Shown: positions 57,659 to 64,000 of the stretch, piece after piece
Numbering within the stretch: the first letter of the stretch is position 1
Layout of the letters: every line of letters starts with the position of its first letter
Source: Entomortierella parvispora E1425
Lineage: Eukaryota; Fungi; Mortierellomycota
Assembly: GCA_020891255.1 (NCBI GenBank)
Contig: BQFW01000007.1
Span: 1,488,001-1,552,000 of the forward strand
Length of the DNA stretch: 64,000 nucleotides
Direction: 5' to 3'
Notes under the pieces: model-generated
Database searches by the model: none
Told to the model about the DNA's origin: nothing
What the model saw: the letters and a program-made list of their open reading frames with translations, nothing else
Translations under genes and position numbers: made by a program

Positions 57659-59296
57659 CTACATGTTTCTTCCTATCGACTTTTTCAGAAAACAAGCATA
57701 GATGGCATAGCCACTTTGAAAATCAGGATCCATCATCTCTTTTGGCATTCTCACCATCCGGAATCCAGCTGCTTCGAGTCCTTCCAAGAAGGCCAGGTGG
57801 ACATAATCCGTTCTCAGTTCCTGAGCAAGTAGAACCACCGTCCTCTTTAAAGGGCGACGCTTCCGACTCGAGTCATTCTGCGCGAGTGCGTCTGCCAAGG
57901 CAGAAAGCCTCTCATAGTTGTCACCGTGCCCAACAGCGAGGTCGTGTCGTACTTGCTCTCGGACCATACAAAGTTCCAGCAGGGTGTCGACCAACTTTGG
58001 GACAATGGACTCATTATAGACCACATCCGTCGCCACGACAAAGTCTACGCCCAAGCCGCGTTTTAGATCCTGGTCCAAGTCCTGGCCCCAAACGAGCTCC
58101 TGCACTTGGATATGACAAGGTTTGATGGTCGAGCCCCCCGCCAATGACGAAGGGGCAGTTTGTCCATCGCGGTTCTTTTTCTTGAGGGAGGCTGGCGTCG
58201 TCAATGCAGCCTCATCGGAGGTCGAGTCCTGGTCAAAGTATTTCTTGTCCAAATTCTTGCGCAAATTCTTGACCAAGAGCGGCAAGACGGGTTTTTGGTC
58301 CGTCAGCAGTAAATCCTGACAGAGCTCCGCCATGACGATCCCAAGCAATCCACATCCAGAGCCCAGCTCCAGGATACTGGTTTCAGCAGGGTCAAATACC
58401 AGTCGCTGATCGGCCTCCAATTGTGCCTCAGAGTCCAGCTCCGCGTCTTCGTCGTCTGCACCGTCGTCCATTCCATCACTGTCTTCCTCTGCATGCTTCT
58501 GAGCCTGTTTCAGTCGGTGACGCTCTTGATCTTTGCGTGAAATGTGGAGCTCCAATTTTCTCTTTGTTGGTGGGTCTAATGAGGACGAAGCCGGGGGTGC
58601 CTGTGGTTCTGGTATTGACTCTTCGCTCTTTCTCTCGAGGCTACCGTCTTCCGAGACGGACAAATGTTCTGCCTGCTCCTCCAGTCTCCGGATCTGTTGC
58701 TGATCAATAGCGCTACCATTGTGACCCTCCTGATCCTGCTGCTCCTGCTGAAGATAGCAGGCCATGGACAATCCTTGGATCGAAAGAAGAAACTTGGACA
58801 TGAGGATACTGCTGTCCCAGACCACGGTGCCTGTCTGTCCTGGCTGAGAAAGGGTCGAAAGGGATTGATGGATGACAACAGGCTTCTTGGGGGTCGTGGG
58901 TTTGCCGAGCTGTTCCTTTCGACTTGATTTCCGACTACCAAGAGAAGGTTTTCCGGCGGGCGTCCTGACTCTTGGGAGTCTACCATGGCTGCTGTTGACG
59001 TTGCTACTACTCGGGTCATCGAGGGAGGTGACGCCTGGCAACGGTGATTCTAGGAAGGCAGCACCACCAGACAAGGACGCGCGCGAGTCAGGTCGTGAGC
59101 TAGGGCGGCTCGCGACTGGGGAAGGTGCAGGCGTGTAGTCGAGTTCGAGCTCCAGACGGGTCGCATTTTGGGCAACGGAGCGGTTATGGGCCCAGGGGGC
59201 GTCAGAGGTCTCTGTGGTGAAGAGTTCAAAGACCTCCTCGTAGGGATCGCGGACGGCGACGGCGTGGGGGATGGAGCAAAAGAATCTGGCTGCCAT
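57659..59296 (-). CDS. Protein-lysine/seven-beta-strand methyltransferase (METTL21/Rkm5-like), single exon
   Basis: TGTVVWDSSILMSKFL; SILELGSGCGLLG; LTDQ...LLVKNL; ELVWG; DFVVATDVVYNE. Confidence 0.85.
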   Translation of the reverse strand: MAARFFCSIPHAVAVRDPYEEVFELFTTETSDAPWAHNRSVAQNATRLELELDYTPAPSPVASRPSSRPDSRASLSGGAAFLESPLPGVTSLDDPSSSNVNSSHGRLPRVRTPAGKPSLGSRKSSRKEQLGKPTTPKKPVVIHQSLSTLSQPGQTGTVVWDSSILMSKFLLSIQGLSMACYLQQEQQDQEGHNGSAIDQQQIRRLEEQAEHLSVSEDGSLERKSEESIPEPQAPPASSSLDPPTKRKLELHISRKDQERHRLKQAQKHAEEDSDGMDDGADDEDAELDSEAQLEADQRLVFDPAETSILELGSGCGLLGIVMAELCQDLLLTDQKPVLPLLVKNLRKNLDKKYFDQDSTSDEAALTTPASLKKKNRDGQTAPSSLAGGSTIKPCHIQVQELVWGQDLDQDLKRGLGVDFVVATDVVYNESIVPKLVDTLLELCMVREQVRHDLAVGHGDNYERLSALADALAQNDSSRKRRPLKRTVVLLAQELRTDYVHLAFLEGLEAAGFRMVRMPKEMMDPDFQSGYAIYACFLKKSIGRNM

Positions 59297-60027
59297 ATGA
59301 AAGGTGACTAGGGAGGGAGGGAGGGAGGGAGGGAGGGAGGGAGGGGAATGCTCTTTTTGAGTTGGATCAGGGCAGGGTGATGAGAGCGAGAAGAAAAGAG
59401 ACGAGTGTGTGTTTGTCCTGGATTGCGACAATGAGGAAGCCAGGGAACAGAAATGACAGGGAGGGGATGGTGCCTGTCCGTGGGACAAAGAACATCAAGG
59501 AACAGAAGAACAAGAGAGAACAAGAGAAGAGGACAAGACAGACAGGCAGACAGACGGACAAAGGTGTGCAAAGACAAGGAAGTTGGTGGCGTTTTATTCT
59601 GGGTGGCTTTTTTTTTTTTTTTTTTTTTTTTTTTCGTTCTGTGAGGTATAGTAGCGAGGTGTGAAACGGAAGTGCTCCCTGCACTACTACTGCGACCACG
59701 TTGCGTCCCATCCATCCATCGACTCTATTCTTGGGTTCATCTCTGCCTTCTTTTCTCTTCATCCCTTCTCTCCCTTCGTGCCTTCTGGCTGCACTTCTCA
59801 TTGCCCCTCCCTACTCCACTCTGCTCCTCACTCTCTCCCACTAAGGCACGACAGTGGCTCTCATACCAACCCTCTGCCCCCTTTTCTTTTCTTTTTTTTT
59901 TTTTTTTTTTTTTTTTCCTGTTCTTTTCTTCATTCTTCTCTTTTCAATCTCAGGTCTGCTCTCCTCCCATCATCTTTCTCATCATCCAAGCAGCCAAGAA
60001 TAATATATATACCCTGCGCTTGCCACC

Positions 60028-60559
60028 ATGGATATTGGCAACATCTTTGAGGAATGGGATTTCTCTGGGTCCGTGCCTTTACCCTACCGCGTTCTGCTGA
60101 TGGGCTGCATCGGCATCTTTGCATGGGCCAGCAACCTCCATATCCTCGCCCATCTCCGCGTCGATGTCTCCAACCTCCTCTTCTCTAGTCCACCCCTCTC
60201 AGGGAACTACCCGGGTCATCCAAGGCATCATGGCTTTCGGGAAAACAAATACTTCAAGTCCTCTCCGCTCGCCATCCTTTATCGATCCATCTATACCCTG
60301 GGACTGGCCTTTCTGGCCATGGTCCTGATCAACATGTGGATGTACAAGTGGGTCGTTGCTGGATCCTTGTCCGATTCGACCAGTGATGCACGAGCAAAGT
60401 CAACAGCAGCAGCCACTGGAGATTCAAGAGGAGGCATGGGTATGACAGGAAACCCCAGGACGGGGATCATGGTCCCCATTCTCGGTTATTTGACCGTCGT
60501 GGCCATGATTTTCATCCCCTTCAACGTCCTCTTCAAGAAGGATCGCTATCGATTTTTGA

Positions 60560-60595
<36 letters not shown>

Positions 60596-62104
60596 TTTTC
60601 TTCTTTCAAAGCAAAGGATATGCCTCATCTCTGTATACAAAAAATGCTCACCTCTTGTCCTTTCTTTGCATTGTGCGTGTAGATCGATGAAGAAGGCGCT
60701 GTTCTCGGGTTTCAAATCAGAAGTGACATTTGCGGATGTGATCCTGGCCGATATCTTGACCTCGTTTGCGCGAGTCTTTGGCGACTTGGCGGTGGCTCTT
60801 TGCTTAATGTTCCTGGATCGGGATGGTTCGCGGACGGATGCGTGTTATGGAAGCATTCTTGTTCCCATCATGACAAGGTAAAATATAGACTGTGGTGCTG
60901 GTGGTGGCAGTGTGGTGTCACGAAACCGAAAATTTGCCCTGTCCATCAATTGGAATGTTTGTCAACTAAATTCGGCTTGGGCACCCACTCCATCTTTTTT
61001 TTTGCAATCTTCAACAGTATCCCATATTGCATCCGTCTTCGGCAATGTCTCTCGGAATGGATCGAGTCCAACTATGTGACGGAGAGACATTTAATGAACG
61101 CACTCAAGTATGCCTCTGCGTTCCCCGTCATTATCGTTTCATCCATGCAAAAGTCGGCAAAGTCTGCGTCGCTGAAAGGAGTGCCATACGACGGGTACAT
61201 GTCTGACAATACCCTCTTCCGTCTCTGGTAAGGATCCAATACTCGATACACTTGTCTGCTGTCTTTGACCTTTCCAAAAAAGATATGTATATTAACAGTT
61301 GTTTTCCTCTTTTTTGTATTCAGGCTGTTCTTTGTGGCGATCAACTCGTTTTATTCATTTTACTGGGACATTTACCACGACTGGAACCTGATCCAGCCTC
61401 AGACTCAGAGTCGTGCAGGCTCTTTGATGATCAACACTACAATTGCCAACTCTGCCATGGCATCTGGATCATCAGGCCCTCATAACCGATCTTCAGGAGC
61501 CTTCTCTCCAACGACACCCAAGTCAGGATCCTTGTCTTTGAACGATGGCAACAATAACTCTTCCTCAGGTGCCAACACCCTCAACAGCAGCAGTGCGCCC
61601 TTGATCGTCAACCTTGGCAGTGAAAAGAAGATGCAGCAACAACAGGATACAAAGCAACGGCTTCGCTATGGGATGCGATCCTATTTGCACTATGAGGACA
61701 AATTTTTCTACATCATGGCGGTGGTGCTCGACTTTTTGCTTCGAACAACCTGGATGCTCAAGCTGGTCTCCAACATTCAGATTGAAGAATATGAAGGAGG
61801 CGTGTTCACGATGGAATGTCTGGAAGTCCTTCGGCGGTGGATCTGGGTGCTTTTCCGTTTAGAGTCCGAGATGGTGAAGCGGAACGGATACACGGATGCC
61901 CCAACCACACTCTTGATGGAGACGATGGGAGGAGGCGGAGTGGGCGGGAGCGGCAGCGGCAGTAATAGCAACCATTCTAATCTTGTAGGCGGGAACAACA
62001 GTGCTATGGGAGACTCTGACATTGACATGTCCGAGATTCGGCACGCAGATAGCACTAATGTGATGATCGAGAATCTAGAGACATGGCAACAAAAAGTGAA
62101 CTGA
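60028..62104 (+). CDS. ERD1: EXS-domain protein without SPX (ERD1-like), 4 exons
   Basis: LPYRVL...FADVILADILTSFARVFGD...IPYCIRLRQCL...HLMNALKYASAFP...INSFYSFYWDIYHDWNL...DFLLRTTW...LEVLRRWIWVLFRLESE. Confidence 0.85.
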
Positions 62105-62389
62105 AAAAAAAAAAATAGAAACATAATAAAAAAACAAATTGAATCCCAACAGGACTGACGACTCCCCACCCATGATTTTCTGCTGACTATCTGGAGCACG
62201 ATGGTGTCGCTCTGCTGCTCTCTGCTGAAGAACGAGACTAATTTCACTACACCGCGTCTAATTCGAACTGTTCATTCCATCAACTGGGCGCCGCTTATTT
62301 TTATTTGCTTTTCCAATGTCTCTTCACTGTGATCTTCAGATGGAAATATCCAACAACGAGGGTCTGCTCTTCCGAAAAAGAAGAGGGGC

Positions 62390-62690
62390 TTCTTCTCCTT
62401 TTCGTCTCCAGACTCTCCAAAGGTAGCCTCACCAACTGATTTCCAACACCCGATGCCCAGAGATCTGGATCCAGCAGCAGTTTTTGTCCTGGTGCTAGGA
62501 TGAGGAGACGCCGTAATTTTGGTAACGGCCATCCTCGTCCAATGTGGACCTCGGGTACATCCACCGGCTGAAAGTTGTGGAAATTCTGAAGAGGCGTATA
62601 GGCGCTAAAAAGGGTCAGCGTCTCGCCAAATGCAAAGACAATGTTGTCGTCCAGTTCATCCACAAAGAGCTCTGGGGTGCAAGAGGGTTC
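62390..62690 (-). pseudogene. Isolated fragment of a Mortierellaceae-type LRR-like gene
   Basis: PELFVDELDDNIVFAFGETL...VHIGRGWPLPKLRRLLILAPGQKLLLDPDL resembles repeats I recall from that family; no ATG, upstream stop. Confidence 0.5.
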
Positions 62691-62973
62691 TCAGGGACAA
62701 AGCACCATTGAAGAGAAACAGGCACACGCGCGGGCCAGCCAACGCGAAACCATGACTAAAGGTTAAATTAAGCCATGTTTTTTAGTCCTACTCCATGGCG
62801 TGACAGATGTGTGTGTGTGAAGGCTGAAGGGAAGGATGATGCTTCACTATTGCATCCACTCCTCCTCCCCTTCTTCCTCCCATCCGTGTTCTCTCCTCCT
62901 CCCTCCTCGTTTCATTCTTCCTTGACCCTGCTTCTTTGCAATCAATCCTTCTCTCCACTCTTGTAATCTCTCC

Positions 62974-64000
62974 ATGGCCTTGGACGCCCCTGTGCTCCAG
63001 AGCACTCGTCCTGTGGACAGTCCATCAAAACCAAAGTCCATCGACACTGCCGCCGCTAACGCCGGCGCGGCCACCGAAGGCGAGGATGCTCCTCTCTCTC
63101 CCGCGCACAAGAAGCTGCTTCTCAATGCGGCAGAACGTTTCACCCTCGGGATGAAGAAGAAGCCCGTGTCTTCCAACGCTGTCTCATTCACGCCTCCCCA
63201 GTCGCTCTCTCGCCTCTCCCCTGCTGGAACGACCCCTTCAGGGCAACCCCTGTCGGTTCAGCCACAGCCACAGCCTCAGCCTCAGCCTCAATCACAGCCT
63301 GTGCACACGCAGGAACAGGAACAGGACCATGACCCTTCCTCCTCTGCGTCTGAACAGCCTGCAGACGCCCCTGTTCATCCTACCTCTGATAATCCATTCG
63401 ACTTTGAGTTCAAGAACCCTTTCAAATTTCACCTGGGCAGTCATCGCAAGAGCGCTGACAACCGCCGCACGTCGGTCATAGTGCCAGGAACAAGCAACAA
63501 TGCGGGGGGTTCCTCCTCTATTGCTGTTGCTTCTGGTTCTGACCCCATCTCGCCCGAGGACGATCCTGCACGCATGATGCAGCTTCGCCAAGTCTTTAGC
63601 AAGCTTTTCAAACGCAAAAAAGACAAGAAGGGCAAGAGTGCAGATCAGGTTTTTGAGATTGAGGATTACCAGCTCTGGAACAACCTGTCTCCTCTTGTGT
63701 TCCAGCCCTCTGCTGTCTTTATGGGCCTGTCCTTTATGACTGAGGATAAGGGCAGTGCTCTGACCGACAAGAACACTGTAGACTGGAACATGAATATCAT
63801 CCTGGCGCTTGTGAAGGTATATACGAGAATTACTGCGTGCTTATGTGGAGCGGAGAAGGGAGATGAAGTCAAGAGAGCCTTGGGCGTAAAGCTCAGTGGA
63901 CAACGAGCGAAATGCAGAGAATATGAACAGCCGCTCCGAAAATGGGCATGCTCTTCAAAACCAGTTGGGGAAGAGAAAGGCTGGCGACATGCGTTTTCCT
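62974..64000 (+). CDS. 5' part of an unidentified gene (disordered N-terminus; probable intron from 63817)
   Basis: Open frame MALDAPVLQSTRPVD...LFKRKKDKKGK...VFMGLSFMTEDK...NIILALVK|gtatat; no stop before the window end. Confidence 0.65.
   Translation, partial: MALDAPVLQSTRPVDSPSKPKSIDTAAANAGAATEGEDAPLSPAHKKLLLNAAERFTLGMKKKPVSSNAVSFTPPQSLSRLSPAGTTPSGQPLSVQPQPQPQPQPQSQPVHTQEQEQDHDPSSSASEQPADAPVHPTSDNPFDFEFKNPFKFHLGSHRKSADNRRTSVIVPGTSNNAGGSSSIAVASGSDPISPEDDPARMMQLRQVFSKLFKRKKDKKGKSADQVFEIEDYQLWNNLSPLVFQPSAVFMGLSFMTEDKGSALTDKNTVDWNMNIILALVKVYTRITACLCGAEKGDEVKRALGVKLSGQRAKCREYEQPLRKWACSSKPVGEEKGWRHAFS

Overview
Intron-rich fungal genomic DNA, most likely Mortierellaceae (Mortierellomycotina). 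This is inferred from short GT-AG introns with long homopolymer tracts, a Crinkler gene and lineage-type F-box/LRR genes; it is not proven. About 22 protein-coding loci are supportable. Core genes: MRPL36 (partial), a PSMG4-like chaperone, RPL8/eL8, a mtTFB/KsgA methyltransferase, VCX1, a MedA-like regulator, SPT20, UVSSA, an OLA1 paralog, a GT71 mannosyltransferase, a UPF0014 permease, a METTL21/Rkm5-like methyltransferase and an ERD1-like EXS protein. An accessory island at about 24.4-30.8 kb holds a frameshifted F-box gene and a decayed Crinkler effector. That effector is interrupted by a complete 1806-bp IS630-Tc1-mariner transposon (28-bp TIRs, TA duplication, D(86)E spacing, Sailor-like) and then truncated by a Ty3/gypsy integrase fragment. 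Other leads: a large GHKL-ATPase + CUE-like + HExxH protein head-to-head with UVSSA, a secreted PL14 lyase with a KR-flanked internal insert, a secreted protein with 20 Cys in its mature part, and structured elements in the RPL8 intron. No tRNA, rRNA or CRISPR array was seen. Exon boundaries were read by eye and no database searches were run.
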